From assembly GCA_977018835.1 (NCBI GenBank), contig OZ361256.1, forward strand, positions 3,224,001-3,288,000: a stretch of DNA of 64,000 nt, in the 5' to 3' direction. This document shows positions 23,568 to 35,634 of the stretch, in pieces. The stretch's first letter is position 1, and each line of letters begins with the position of its first letter. The position numbers and the translations under genes were made by a program. The notes under the pieces were generated by a model that saw only the letters and a list, made by a program, of their open reading frames with translations, ran no database searches and had not been told where the DNA came from. Origin of the DNA: Minutocellus sp. GHC0000111 (lineage: Eukaryota).

Positions 23568-24615
23568 ATGTCGTGAGTTTAACCCAATCGATGGTCGATG
23601 AGTGCAGGAGGTGAAAGTGATGGATAGGTGGCTTAGTGGTGGCTGGGCGGCGCTAGTCGAAAAGAGCGCGATGGCGACGGTGGTCCGATGGTCGTCGATG
23701 GTGCCGGTCCGGACGGCCCCTCATGCTGGTGGCGGCGGGTGGCTGGTGCCCAAGAAGACCGGGCAGGAGGCTGGGCGTCGGATGACGGTCGAGAGCCAAA
23801 GCATGCGTGCATTAGTACCGTCGCAGTGGTGCGCGTCGTTGCGTTGGGGCGATTGGCCGTGCATAATGAATGCCGGGGTTGGTCGGCTCTACATGCGACG
23901 GCTCCTCTCCACCAGCCCAACAGCCACCCGTCGTGTCGATCAGGCCTCTGCGGCGGTGCCGTGCTGGAACCCGTGGATGCCATGTTGGACCCGTGGCCAT
24001 TGCTGTGCTGGCGTATCCAACCGACGACTAGTACCGATTGTGCTTCGGCCACGGAAGGGCCATTCGTCAAGACCGCAGACGAATTTTCATGTGCCGGCAG
24101 TTCCCCATTTCCCCCTTTCCCTTCCAAAGCACGTATTTTTCTCACACTATTTTACCCCCCTTCCCCTCTCTTCGTCCCAATTCAGGTCGTTGATGCAAAC
24201 CCAGGAGTTCCAGCACATTCTGCGTATCCTCAACACCAACGTTGAGGGTAAGCGAAACGTCGTCTTCGCCCTGACCAAGATCAAGGGTCTCGGCCGCCGC
24301 TTCGCCGACCTCATCTGCAAGAAGGCCGAGATCGACGTCAACAAGCGCGCCGGTGAGCTCACCGCCGATGAGATCGAGAAGCTCGTTGCCATCATCCAGA
24401 AACCCCGCCAATTCAAGATCCCCCTCTGGTTCCTCAACAGACAGAAGGACTGGAAGACCGGCAAGTACTCCCAGGTCTTCGCCCAGAACTTCGACGCCAA
24501 GCTCCGTGACGACGTCGAGCGCCTCAAGAAGATCCGCGCCCACCGCGGTCTCCGTCACTGGTGGGGCATCCGCGTCCGTGGTCAGCACACCTGCTCCACC
24601 GGTCGCCGCAGGTAG
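23568..24615 (+). CDS. RPS18: 40S ribosomal protein S18 (uS13); exon 1 23568-23572, intron 23573-24185, exon 2 24186-24615
   Basis: ATGTC|GTGAGT...TTCAG|G splices to [45 protein letters not shown]. Codon usage is strongly C-ending. Confidence 0.95.
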
Positions 24616-25271
24616 ATTGCTTGCTTGGGGGTTTGGTTCGACAGGCTTCTTTGTTGCAGCAGCTAGAATGGTGATGGTGGTGATGAGGGCATTACAAACA
24701 ATGTGACCTCGTACTCCCTCCCCCCTCCGTTGCTGGGGCCTTCGGCCGCCTTTGTAGTAATAAATAAAAATAAAACAAGACTAGTACGTAAATATGTACA
24801 TAATGTGTGCGAATTGTTACATGTATGGTGGTTCGGCACACAGCACCGTGAAGAAGTTGGACAGGGGCGAAAGATGACTGGGAAGAGAAGAAGAGGATCT
24901 GCCTGATATTATGTCATGTTCCGGAAAAGTCATATAGGTACCCATGGTGGTACTCTGATATATCAGCTCGATCAGGTTTTGCAGTTTCATGTACATTGAA
25001 TTCTAGAATTGCCAAAACATGAACTGGTGCCCAGCAACTCGTCTCTCCCAAGATCTCTGCTTTCATCGCGTCTGGGTGGTTCCACTGTCGGCGAAGTTCG
25101 GCGAAAGAAGACCGGCAGGAACATGTATCAGCACATCACCATTCGATTCCGTCCCTCTGGCTCGAGTTCCATCGCGCCGCCATTCATTCGCCAAAGCCCG
25201 CCCACCCCGTGCAAAACATTCGTCCTCATTGAATCGCCAGTTATCTCAGCTGTCAGCTCCGTCACAGAACC

Positions 25272-26384
25272 ATGCAGGCATCAGTATCGGCTGGCGGCAG
25301 TACCTCCAACGGCGGCAGCACCAGTTCGCACAGCCAACACAGACGCCGGCGCATCCAACTGTCGGTCCGCGCCGACGGACTCAAGAACGTAGCATCCAAG
25401 CTTAAACTGGGCAAGTTGAGCCGAGTGTCGGATCCTTATGCCCTCCTGTCGGTAACCGGCGGTCCGAACGATGGCATGCGCCTTGGCCGAACGGAGATGC
25501 TGCGGAACAACCTGTCGCCGGATTGGTGCCGCATCTTTATAATTGACTGCTGGACACCTGGGATGTACTTTCCGATTACGATTAGTCTGTACGATGACAA
25601 TGGACCCAAAGACAACGACCATGTGGCCACTCCGTCGGCATCGATGCAGCAGTCGGCAGCGGTGCGGCCGGGATCATCGGACGTTGGCATGGGAGAAGCA
25701 ACATTTGAGTTGTTCGATGTACTCTCCAGCCCAGGAAATGAAAGATCGGTCGAGATTCAATCCTATGGTGGGAGAATATTTGTGCATGCAGTAGATAGCT
25801 TGCAGGGTCGTTCCAGTACCAGTGGAATCGGCGGTGCCATCTCGTCTCTGCATGCCTCGACGTCGATATCGTCTCATCCGTCATCGTCGCTACATTCATC
25901 GCAAGGAGGGTCGGTAATGGCACCGTTGCCCCTTCCTCCGCCATCTCTGGGTAGCAGCATGAGATTGCAACTACGAGGATTAGATATGAAGAATGTGGAA
26001 TCGGGCCTGCTTGGTTTGAATCGTTCGGACTGCTACTTTGCTTTGGAGAAAAAGCTCATCGATCACTCATCGGGCATCACAAGATGGAAGCCCATCTACC
26101 GATCCAAACACATCAAAGACACACTCAATCCATACTGGGACGCATTTTTTGTTGACGCCGAGGTATTGTGCAACCTTGATCTGGATTGGCCGTTGCGGAT
26201 TGTTGTGTTGGATCACGATAAGAAGAGTCGTCACAAGGAGGTGGGAAGTGTCGAGGTGACCCCCAACGCAATGATACGGCACAAGAGCGTGGATGGGAAC
26301 AACGCCGATCGGGACAATGCTTTCCAGTTGAACAATGGCGCCGGAAGAATCTGCGTTCTGGTGGCTGATATTATCAGTAGTTGA
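25272..26384 (+). CDS. Tandem C2-domain protein (copine-like C2A/C2B, no vWA domain)
   Basis: SDPYA..LGRTE..NNLSPDW..YDD and RSDCYF..YRSKHIKDTLNPYW..LCN.DLDWPLRI.VLDHD. Confidence 0.82.
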   Translation: MQASVSAGGSTSNGGSTSSHSQHRRRRIQLSVRADGLKNVASKLKLGKLSRVSDPYALLSVTGGPNDGMRLGRTEMLRNNLSPDWCRIFIIDCWTPGMYFPITISLYDDNGPKDNDHVATPSASMQQSAAVRPGSSDVGMGEATFELFDVLSSPGNERSVEIQSYGGRIFVHAVDSLQGRSSTSGIGGAISSLHASTSISSHPSSSLHSSQGGSVMAPLPLPPPSLGSSMRLQLRGLDMKNVESGLLGLNRSDCYFALEKKLIDHSSGITRWKPIYRSKHIKDTLNPYWDAFFVDAEVLCNLDLDWPLRIVVLDHDKKSRHKEVGSVEVTPNAMIRHKSVDGNNADRDNAFQLNNGAGRICVLVADIISS

Positions 26385-26455
26385 GAGGGTTAGTTGAAAA
26401 TATCTGTCTAATTATATATTACGCAGTGAATCATCTAGCTACGTTGATAGCCAAG

Positions 26456-28309
26456 TCAACACACATCACTCCCACTTCTCCGAACTTGCGAGCCTGGGCC
26501 GGTTTGGAGTAGCCCGTCTTCCTCCGTCTGCACGGCCACATGACCCGAGGCTTCTGGGAAAATCTTCCTCGATATGGAAATTCTTTCAAACTGATAGCAA
26601 AGGACATTGTGGACCTCCTCCTGATGCTTGCTCAGTAGCCATCCCGCACCAGCAATAAGCAGGCCTGATATTGCAAGAATTATAAACTGAATGGGAGCCT
26701 CGTCATTCGGCAGAGCATCGGATATCCAATTGGCGAATTTGACAGAATCCATAAGCCAGCCGATGGCGCACATGACCAAGAGAAAGGGCTGGTTCGTAGC
26801 AAGACCTAGTATACCAAGAGGCACGAGAGCAAGTGCATTGAATACAATCCAGCGCCAAACACCATCGAAACTAAAAATGCCAGTGAGCATAATCATCCCT
26901 ACGAAAAACACCAACGATCCAAAGTTGATGCCCCAGATAAGTGGAGACTGAGCAATCTTGCGCTTGCAGGACATCAGATCCACCAATGTAAGCACAAAAA
27001 TGCCACCCGTAATCGAGAGCCACCATTGGAAGAAACTATCCATATCGTAGGTATTGCCTCGAATGGCCATGTATATGAAGCTCGCTGTGGCACTGATACC
27101 AACGTACGTGGTGATGGCCATGGAGGGAGCACGTCGTTTAATCCATAGGAGGATTGACGCAATCGAAACAGGCAAGGCACTAACGAATAGCGCCAATATG
27201 GATTTCTTCGTGATGCATTCCACGTCGTCTCCGCCCCCAACAACGCCAGAGCGTTCCTCCTCAGGCGGCACGTAAGGTTTAGAGTAGGCACTGTCAGTAG
27301 TAAACTCATGAGAACTCGTCTTGGATCCCCTCCTGTAGGTACTGTGTAGCACCACCTCCATCGACTCATAGTTACCAAGAGAGTAAATGAGCTTTCCGTC
27401 CCCAGCCTGAGAACCGACGCTCGGCGGATAGTCCTTGAACCACAGCACCTTGGTGCTATTGTCAATGTAGAAATCGTATGGCCCGTGAAGTTCGTTGATT
27501 CTTGGGTCCGTTGTTGTCAGAGTCTTTCCATCACAGCATCCGATGACATTGCTCTCGTAAATCTTTCGAGGCTGAGGAGGGTAGTGCTTCTTCGAGGGTG
27601 GAGGGATAGATTTATACGCAAAGAAGCATGCCCGACCCGTACCGGTCACAATGAAGTGAGATGGGTGCGTCACATTGGGAAAATGGATCGGCTCTCCACC
27701 GCTAAATGGATACACCGACGCCGGTGCCGCCCACAGAGAATTCATGTTGTTCCCACTCTCATCCGAGCCCGTGAAGAGTGTGACCTTTTCCCCTGGGATG
27801 AATACAAAGGTCGCTGGTGAGAAGCTCGGTTCGGCCGACATGGACCAGGATTGGACATTCTCGGGCAGATCGGTAATGTTGGTGGCCCAGTGACCCGCCG
27901 GTTTGTACGGAGGACGACCGCCTCCACCGCCGCCACAGGGGAAGAAATTGTTCGGCAAGAAGAAACCGCTGACCCCGAGAGCGAGGGTGAAAAGGCCGTA
28001 GAAGAGGTTTGCTAGGGGTGGCATGCGGCATTCACCATCATTCGCTCCTGCAGGTAGTCCATTTGCCACACCTACATCGGCTTCGTCGTGGAGGCTGCCA
28101 TCATCTCCTGCATCGTCTGCACCGGTCAATTCCCATCCCGCTTTGGCATCCACAAAGCGTACCAGGACGAAGAGAAGGTTTGTGTAGACGACCGAGATGA
28201 CAAAACCAACGATCCAGTTGGCCGCGGCACCCCACGCGATGAACGACAGGAACGCAACGTTGACCACTATCGCTCCCACCCACGCAAAGGTCTGCTCGGT
28301 CGTGCACAT
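26456..28309 (-). CDS. Multi-pass membrane protein with a central soluble domain, function unknown
   Basis: 617-aa ORF with three N-terminal and about seven C-terminal hydrophobic segments flanking a beta-rich loop. Confidence 0.7.
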   Translation of the reverse strand: MCTTEQTFAWVGAIVVNVAFLSFIAWGAAANWIVGFVISVVYTNLLFVLVRFVDAKAGWELTGADDAGDDGSLHDEADVGVANGLPAGANDGECRMPPLANLFYGLFTLALGVSGFFLPNNFFPCGGGGGGRPPYKPAGHWATNITDLPENVQSWSMSAEPSFSPATFVFIPGEKVTLFTGSDESGNNMNSLWAAPASVYPFSGGEPIHFPNVTHPSHFIVTGTGRACFFAYKSIPPPSKKHYPPQPRKIYESNVIGCCDGKTLTTTDPRINELHGPYDFYIDNSTKVLWFKDYPPSVGSQAGDGKLIYSLGNYESMEVVLHSTYRRGSKTSSHEFTTDSAYSKPYVPPEEERSGVVGGGDDVECITKKSILALFVSALPVSIASILLWIKRRAPSMAITTYVGISATASFIYMAIRGNTYDMDSFFQWWLSITGGIFVLTLVDLMSCKRKIAQSPLIWGINFGSLVFFVGMIMLTGIFSFDGVWRWIVFNALALVPLGILGLATNQPFLLVMCAIGWLMDSVKFANWISDALPNDEAPIQFIILAISGLLIAGAGWLLSKHQEEVHNVLCYQFERISISRKIFPEASGHVAVQTEEDGLLQTGPGSQVRRSGSDVC

Positions 28310-28367
28310 TGGTTCGCAGATGATCGACTTTTATCGGGAACTTTCAATCATATATCAGCGCAGCGCA

Positions 28368-28389
28368 CTCTCTCTCTCTCTCTCTCTCT
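28368..28389. repeat. (CT)11 microsatellite
   Basis: Read directly from the sequence, upstream of the 26456..28309 gene. Confidence 0.9.
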
Positions 28390-28747
28390 TGGCTTACGAC
28401 GTATGCAACTTTCTCATGACTGCGTGCTTATTCTTGCATGCTTATTCGTGCGGGCAGCCCTTGACTTCGCTGGCGATGGCCTCCTTCCTTTCGCGTTCGC
28501 GGCAAGATTTGGAATTATAACCTTGACTCCGAGTCTCCGATAGAAGCTACAAATATTGGACTCGTTCGATTCAATTCGCCACCTCAGTTCACATCATGTG
28601 TTCATTTTTGTGGAGATACGCCGCTGCCGTTTGCCGTACTCTAGCTACGTAGCTAGTAGCCTCTCCCGCAGAGCCAGCATCGTATCGTCGCACCACCAAC
28701 GCCAATATAGTCCCTTGGTAAAGCGCATAACGCAGTTATTTTCCACC

Positions 28748-30241
28748 ATGGTTGCCACTCGACGATCAGCCGTCAAGGCCAAGAAGGATGAGGACGACTC
28801 CCCCTCCAGTCCTCAGCAAAGGTCCAATGCCTCCTCCGCGGACAAGTACGACGAAGGTACAAACTACGTAGAGGCCGGCATTGAGGCCAACCCGTACTTC
28901 TTTGCGTTGATTCTGGCGGCTCCCTTCCTTTCGCTTCTGCTGGCGTACCTGACCTCGGCCGAAATGGAAGCCGACTACCCCGGAATGGCCACGGCACCCC
29001 TCGGTGGCATGGTCAAGGGCCTCCTGGCCGATCCTCTCGGGGGCATCCACTCGGTCCTCCTCGCTGGTCTATCCGTAACGCCCAACCCCGAAGCCATCAA
29101 GTTCATCCTGGGCTTTTGGGCCGTGGCCTTCCTGCTGGAATTCCTCCCCGGCAAGATCGAAACCGGACCCGAAACCCTCACGGGCCACATCCCCAAGTAC
29201 AAGGACAATGCCGTCCTCCACTGTCTGGTGTACACGGGTCTGTTTTGGGCCGGATCCAACCTCGGACCGTTGGGCTGGTACGACTTTGGCATCATCTACG
29301 ACACCTTCACTTGCAGCGTCGCCTTTCTGAACCTGTTTGGTCTGCTGTTCTGCTGCTTCCTCACGTACAAGGGCCTGCACTTTCCGTCGACCGAGGATTG
29401 TGGTAGTTCGGGATCGCTTACCAAGGATTATCTTTGGGGTACCGAGCTGTATCCCCGCCCGCCCTGTCCAGGACTTCCCTACGGGCTGGACCTCAAGCGC
29501 TTCATCAACTGCCGCTTCTCCATGACCTACTGGCAGCTTGCTGGACTGTCCTTCTGCTACCGATCGTACACACTGAATGACAACACGATGGACTATGGCC
29601 TTATGTTCTCGGCATTGTCGCAGTACCTCTATTTGTTCAAATTCTTCCTCTGGGAGATGGGTTACATGCGATCGATCGACATCATTGTGGATCGGGCCGG
29701 TTTCGAGATTCAGTGGGGCTGCCTCGTTTGGGTCCCCGCCGTTTACACTCTGCACACCCGTTTCCTCGTGCAGCATCCCTCCGGCCTGTCGTTCGTGGCC
29801 GCCCTGGCCCTGTTCGTGCTCAGTATGACCGGCGTCGTTCTCAACTATCTCGCCGATAGGGAGCGCGACGTCTTCCGTGCCTCCGGTGGCAAGTGCAAGG
29901 TGTGGGGACGCGATCCCAAGTACATCACGGCCGAGTATGAGATCATCGATCGCAAGACCGGTGAGACCAGCACCAAGAAGTCCCTCCTGTTGGCGTCGGG
30001 CTTCTGGGGCGTCGCTAGACATTTCCAGTACTTCTTCGAATTGACGGCTGCATGGTCGTGGTGCTTGCTGGCCAATCCTCTGCAGAATGGTGTCATTCCT
30101 CTGTTTTACTGTGTGTTCTTGACCTATCTACTCATCGACCGTGCCGAGAGAGATTCCAAGAAGTGCCGCCTCAAGTATGGCAAGTATTACGACGAGTACT
30201 GCAATCTTGTGCCTTACAAGATTCTTCCTGGTATCTACTAA
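28748..30241 (+). CDS. DHCR7: 7-dehydrocholesterol / sterol delta-7 reductase (ERG4/ERG24 family)
   Basis: DYLWGTELYPR, FINCRFSMTYW, KFFLWEMGYMRSIDI..DRAGF..WGCLVWVP..Y, LLASGFWGVARHFQY and DRAERD..KCRLKYGKYY..Y..VPY.I.PGIY. Confidence 0.9.
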   Translation: MVATRRSAVKAKKDEDDSPSSPQQRSNASSADKYDEGTNYVEAGIEANPYFFALILAAPFLSLLLAYLTSAEMEADYPGMATAPLGGMVKGLLADPLGGIHSVLLAGLSVTPNPEAIKFILGFWAVAFLLEFLPGKIETGPETLTGHIPKYKDNAVLHCLVYTGLFWAGSNLGPLGWYDFGIIYDTFTCSVAFLNLFGLLFCCFLTYKGLHFPSTEDCGSSGSLTKDYLWGTELYPRPPCPGLPYGLDLKRFINCRFSMTYWQLAGLSFCYRSYTLNDNTMDYGLMFSALSQYLYLFKFFLWEMGYMRSIDIIVDRAGFEIQWGCLVWVPAVYTLHTRFLVQHPSGLSFVAALALFVLSMTGVVLNYLADRERDVFRASGGKCKVWGRDPKYITAEYEIIDRKTGETSTKKSLLLASGFWGVARHFQYFFELTAAWSWCLLANPLQNGVIPLFYCVFLTYLLIDRAERDSKKCRLKYGKYYDEYCNLVPYKILPGIY

Positions 30242-30392
30242 AGACATAGTATGTAGTATGTGTGCGGATGAGGCAAAGTGAGTCCAAACTGATTAATTAA
30301 CGCTCGACGAGAACAAAGATGTGAATAAAATCCTTAAAAAACTGACTACGCCGCAATATCTACAACACTGTAGCGATTAATTGTTCAATAAA

Positions 30393-32353
30393 TTAAGGCT
30401 TTACAAGGATATTGAACTGGTTTTCGATGCTCTCGCCCCGCTACTTCAAGTCCTCCATGGTGGCATCATCGGCATCTAGCTCCAAGAAATCCATCATGTC
30501 CTCAAGCATGGTCATGCCTTCCGTATCATCGGCGCTGACCTTGGACTGAGCAGAGCCGTCTTGTACGCAGTCTTTTGAGACAGCTCGGCATCCTGGGCAC
30601 GGTACTTCTCGGCATCAGCAACCATGCGATCGATATCATCCTGAGAGAGACGGCCCTTCTCGGCCTTGATGGTCGCATTGGCCTCAGCACCAGTTACCTG
30701 ATCACGTGCCGACACGTTGAGGATTCCGTTCGCATCCAAAGCAAAGGTGACGTCAACCTTGGGTTCACCGGCGCGGGCACGCTCGATTCCACTAATGATG
30801 AATTCACCCAACTTATTGTTGCCCTCAATAGTGGGTTTTTCGCCCTCGTAGATGACAACGTCGATATCTTGCTGCCAGTCAACTACCGTGGAGTACGTCC
30901 TCGTCTTTCTGCACGGAATCGCAGTGTTGCGCTTGATGAGGGTTGACATTTGCTTGCCCTCGAGCTCGATACCAAGAGAAAGGGGGGTCACATCGAGCAG
31001 CAAGAGATCCGTGGTGGCCTCACTCTCGAGGTCCTTGCCACCGCCGGTACCACCCGAAGCAAGGATGTGGCCCTAGACAGCAGCACCGATGGCCACGGCT
31101 TCATCGGAATGGACAGACTTGCAAAGCTCAAGACGTCCGCCGAAGAGAGAGCGGAGCGACGTCTGCAGAAAGGGCACGCGAGTACTTCCACCAACAAGGA
31201 CGATATCGGTCACATCATTAAGAGTCACATCGGCATCCACCAAAACAGCCTTGACGGTATCGATGCACCGCTGGAACAGCTGGGAGTTGAGCTCCTCGAA
31301 CTTTTGACGAGTGAGCTTGGTGCTGTAGTCCAAGTCGCCCAACAAGGAATCGACCTCAATCTCGGCGGTTTGAGTAGATGAGAGGGATCGCTTGGCAGCC
31401 TCGACAGCCCGACGAAGTCTCGACTTGGCCCTATCGGACTTCTTGACCTGGTTGGCAACATCGGCACCGTGCTGGGCCTCAATGTCCTTGAGGACCCAGT
31501 CAACGACCGTGTTGTCGAAATCCTCACCACCGAGATGCGTATCTCCACCCGTCGCCTTGACTTCGAAGACACCGCTGTCCATACTTAGCACTGAGACATC
31601 GAACGTACCTCCGCCAAGATCGAAGATAACAACATTGCTCTTGTTCTCCTCCTCGGCCTCCTCGTCGGCAGAGGCATCACTACCACCCTCGGACTTTTTG
31701 CTGTGCAGGCCATACGCCAGAGCAGCAGCAGTGGGCTCATTGATGATGCGCTTCACATGGAGACCGGCGATACGACCAGCATCCTTGGTAGCCTGGCGCT
31801 GCTGGTTGTTAAAGTGGGCAGGTACGGTAATGACGGCCGAATCGACCTTGCACCCCAAATGCTGCTCGGCGGCCTGACGGAGCTCGGTGAGGACCATGGC
31901 CGAGATCTCATCGGGGCACAGGTCCTTCTGCTCGTTGCGCCACTCGACGCGGACGGCCGACTCTCCGTGCCGTCCCTCGACGATGGAGAAGGGATGGGCC
32001 TTGGCCTCGGACAGGACGGCAGGGTCCTGGAACGAACGCCCGATGATCCGCTTGATGTCGAACACAGTATTCTTAGGATTGGTGGCAACCTGAGCCTTGG
32101 CGGAGGCACCGACCATCTTGCCGGACGAGGTGAAGGCCACCCACGAGGGCATGGTGCGGCCGGAAGGCGTGGGGATGACCTCGGCCTTGTTGGTCTGTTG
32201 TGCGAGATTGATACGAAATGATTTCAGAAGAATGAAACATGAGAGTCAATTAAAAAAAGATGTGGTAACACAACGATCACTTACGCCATCATTCCACACG
32301 GCAAGGCACGAGTACGTGGTGCCGAGATCGATTCCGATGATGGGTCCAGGCAT
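30393..32353 (-). pseudogene. HSP70: Cytosolic Hsp70 (short C-terminus, no EEVD; Ssb-like) with two in-frame TAG and a frameshifting deletion
   Basis: GIDLGTTYS (exon 1, intron 32284-32195), TVPAHF..QRQATKDAG, NEPTAAA, FDLGGGTFDVS, GGSTRVP and LLDVTPLSLG. TAG at 31073-31075 (GAAV*GHIL) and 30441-30443, frame switch at about 30547-30556. Confidence 0.9.
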
Positions 32354-32627
32354 GGCTGCGTCGCTCTTCGTTTGGATGAGAAAAGCAAAAAAAATGACGG
32401 GTCCTGCGAGATTTGCCGGACGACCGTCTTGCCCCGAAAGCCCCGAAATTCAAATTTCGTCTTTCCGCCATCAGTCGCGGTGCCAGGTAGGTCGGGCGGA
32501 TTTTGCTTCGGTTGACGATGACATGAGTTTCTCGGCCGACACAAAACCAGGGAAGAACTAACCAACTGAAAGAAGAACCCAAAATACGACGCATACCACC
32601 GCCAACTCATACCAGATATTTCCAACA

Positions 32628-33683
32628 ATGGTTGTGGAGACTCTATCAGCGGCCCAGGCCGAGGTTCCCGGTCGCATCCGGATGGATTCCTGGCCGGCAC
32701 TTCCCGACGAGAACGCCGAACAATCGAATCAGAACCCCAACGCTGCAGCTGGAGCAGCGGTTGGTGCCACTGAAACCGAAACCGACAACGATTGGAACTT
32801 CATCGACGATCCCGATGACGACGAGGCCCTCGCCGAAGAAAAGATGAAGGCTGCGGGAAAGGGCGTGCGATTCAACCCCAAAATTCTGCACCGCTGTGCT
32901 TCAACGCCCGATTTCGGAAACTACGACGACGAGCCCAGCCCATTTGCTGGCGATTCCAGCGAAGAAAACGCAAATGCAAATGCCAACCCTTCTCCTCAAG
33001 ACGCAACTGCAGATCAGACCTCGGCTCCTAAACCAGTAGCCCCTGTCCCTGCTCCTGTCGCCGCACCCAGCACATCGGCATGGGGCGGAGGAGCCCGCCG
33101 ACCGTCGTTCCGTGACATGATCCTGCTCAACGCCGAGAAGACCGCCGCCGAGGCCGAGGCGGCCGAAAAGCACCGGGCCGAGACGGCCGCCCTCCTCAAG
33201 AAGGAGCGCGAGGAGCACCGTCGTGCTCGGGGCCTTCGCACTCGTCTTGTCGTCACCCCCATCAAGCGCTGTGCCAAGAGCACTGGCAACCTCCGTGCGT
33301 TGGATCATATTCAGGAGCATCACGATGACGAGGAGGACTACTACGGCGGTGGAGGCGGCGGCGGCGGATTCGGTGGACCCATCGTAGAGAACGATCACGA
33401 CGTGTTGGGAGACACCGATGCCCAAGACTTTTATCACCGAAAGAACAAGGGCGTACAGAACCGCGTCGCAGGCGAAAAGATCCGGCCCGACGAGCTCAAG
33501 AGGAAGGAGATTAGCCAATACAAGCGAGATGCGCAGCGCAAGGCGCAACAGGAGCGACAGGGTGGCGGCGGAGGTGGCAAGGCAAAGGCCGAGCAGCAGC
33601 ACAAATTGGGTGGCAAGGCCCTCAGCAAGGTCGAGAGGCAGGCGGCCGCCAAGGGAGGCAAGAAGGGACGGCAAAAGAAATAA
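32628..33683 (+). CDS. Hypothetical low-complexity protein
   Basis: 351-aa ORF with ordered islands (LHRCASTPD, SFRDMI, VVTPIKRCAKSTGNL, VLGDTDAQDFYHRK, KIRPDELKRK) and a coding-like codon pattern. Confidence 0.7.
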   Translation: MVVETLSAAQAEVPGRIRMDSWPALPDENAEQSNQNPNAAAGAAVGATETETDNDWNFIDDPDDDEALAEEKMKAAGKGVRFNPKILHRCASTPDFGNYDDEPSPFAGDSSEENANANANPSPQDATADQTSAPKPVAPVPAPVAAPSTSAWGGGARRPSFRDMILLNAEKTAAEAEAAEKHRAETAALLKKEREEHRRARGLRTRLVVTPIKRCAKSTGNLRALDHIQEHHDDEEDYYGGGGGGGGFGGPIVENDHDVLGDTDAQDFYHRKNKGVQNRVAGEKIRPDELKRKEISQYKRDAQRKAQQERQGGGGGGKAKAEQQHKLGGKALSKVERQAAAKGGKKGRQKK

Positions 33684-34104
33684 AAAACAAAAATGAAGAT
33701 GATAACATCTCGAGCACCAAAGGGCCTCGCAATAGAAAATAGGAAACATTAATTCCACGTTATATTACGCTATCAATTTGAAGGCCGGTATCCAAATTGA
33801 CCAGATAATACACCTGCTACGCTAGCGTATAGGCTGAACATTTCTCCGACGTCATAACACCGCCATCCTGCCAAGGTCAGGCCCTTTTGGAATTGCGTTC
33901 TCTGCTGGAGAATCAATATGTCAACACGCAATTGGATCCGATATCCAAAGCTCCGCTTCGGTTTTGCGCTTTTGTTGGCATTGGCCCGAAGATACCATCG
34001 GAAGATTCATCGTCACCAGCTATCCAGCTCTCGCGAAGCATTGGGAGTTTTCCATCTACGAGGCGAAGAAGAACGCCTGCTTATTCTCACTACTTCTAAC
34101 TACA

Positions 34105-35060
34105 ATGAGAAGGTTCACCGTTGCCATCATTGTTGCCGCGGCCATCGCAGTAGATGGATTTGGGCCTGGAGCAACGTCGCGGGTATTCCTAGGGAATCCT
34201 CAAGTGGCAAATATCGATCCAAAGAAACTAAAGCTTATCCTTATCGGCGGATGTCCAGGAACAGGTATGTGTGTGTTCATGCGCAAGGTCGGGCGTAATT
34301 ATTTGAATAATCGCCGACATCATCACCATGCAGCTCATTCTTCATCCATGCATTTCGTTATCTCTCCCATATACCAGGCAAATCAACCTTTGGAATGTCC
34401 GTGGCTCTCGACCTGGGCATCCTGAAATGCATTTCGACGGATACGGTTCGTGCAACGATGCGTTCCTTTGTTGCCAGCGACGTCAGCCCGGCACTTCATC
34501 GATCATCCTACGCACCGGCCTTTGATGGAGATGATCCCGTTCGATCCTGGAAAGAAACGTGCAAGGTTCTGGATGCATCGGTCCATGCTCTCGTTGAAGA
34601 CAGTATGAATCGCGGTACGAGCATTGTTGTGGAGGGCGTGCATGTAGTGCCGAGCAGAGATATGATCGACAAGTGGGAGGAAGCCGGTGGAGTTGCAATC
34701 GGCGTTCTTTTGCAAATTCAAGATCCAGACACTCACAAGCGTCTCCTAAAGAAGCGAGGCTTTATCACTGGCAATGTAGGCGCAGAAGTGAAGAAACTTC
34801 GGAGCTACGATCGAGTCAGGACCATTCAGGATGAAATGATAAAGTTGGCCAAGGAAAGCAATTGGTTGCGTATTGAACAACGCACGGAGCCGGATCCTCT
34901 CGACATGGTATCTGCAAGGCTCTATGGTGTGGATTTGTTCAATCCAAACAAGAGTGGAGATGAAAAGCAGAAAGAGGATGCATTCCAAAAGGTTCAGGCA
35001 GAAATGGAACGAGAGGAAGCCGCTGCCGCTGAGGCCGAACCTGCAAATGGAGCTTCCTGA
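34105..35060 (+). CDS. 2-phosphoglycerate-kinase-like P-loop protein, probably plastid-targeted; intron 34265-34377
   Basis: Splicing gives the Walker A ILIGGCPGTGKST, followed by ISTDTVR, LHRSSY and SIVVEGVH. Signal peptide ends AVDG-F. Confidence 0.82.
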
Positions 35061-35634
35061 GATTGTTTGCCCGCTCTCTATCCTTGTTTTAGGAATTAGT
35101 AGTACCGGTACGCCTTTCTCCGAGAATCAGTTTGGACGACCAAATGGACCGCAAGTGTTTGAATTGCACGTATATGGCGGGCGCGCACAATAGAACTAGA
35201 TATCGGTCGAAGAAAAAAGATGGATCTTGCAATTGGATCTGATGATGAGATGATGGCTCACAAAAAGTCAATCAAAAAGCAATTGTGCAGTGAGGATGAC
35301 TCGGTGAGCCAACCTCGACGACTGCTATGCTAGCTAGCTATGTAGCTACTTGAAATTTATATATATAATCCATTAGATTTATTACGGTGACGGAAGTGAA
35401 TTACTTGTTGCATGAACATTTCGACGAGAGACGTAGAGAAAAAGTCTTGGTCTGGTGGGGATGAAACGTTTTGCCGCATCGGTTAGACTTATTCGACTCG
35501 ACTGACTCGGCCACCGTCAAAAATGGCGTGCCACGCTCGCGTCGAAACCAGCAGCCCAACTCATCGGAGCCGCTTGAACCTCTCTTTTGGCCCTCGCTCA
35601 CACATTGCACTGGGTAGCTAGCTAGGTAGAAGTA

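Noticed and set aside
23602..24185. Long N-terminal extension of RPS18 in the ORF track
   Set aside because: It is the first intron (GTGAGT...TTCAG); splicing gives a normal [15 protein letters not shown] start.
28556..28747. TTG-started extension of the sterol reductase ORF
   Set aside because: Eukaryotic gene; ATG 28748 in CCACCATGG context is the plausible start.
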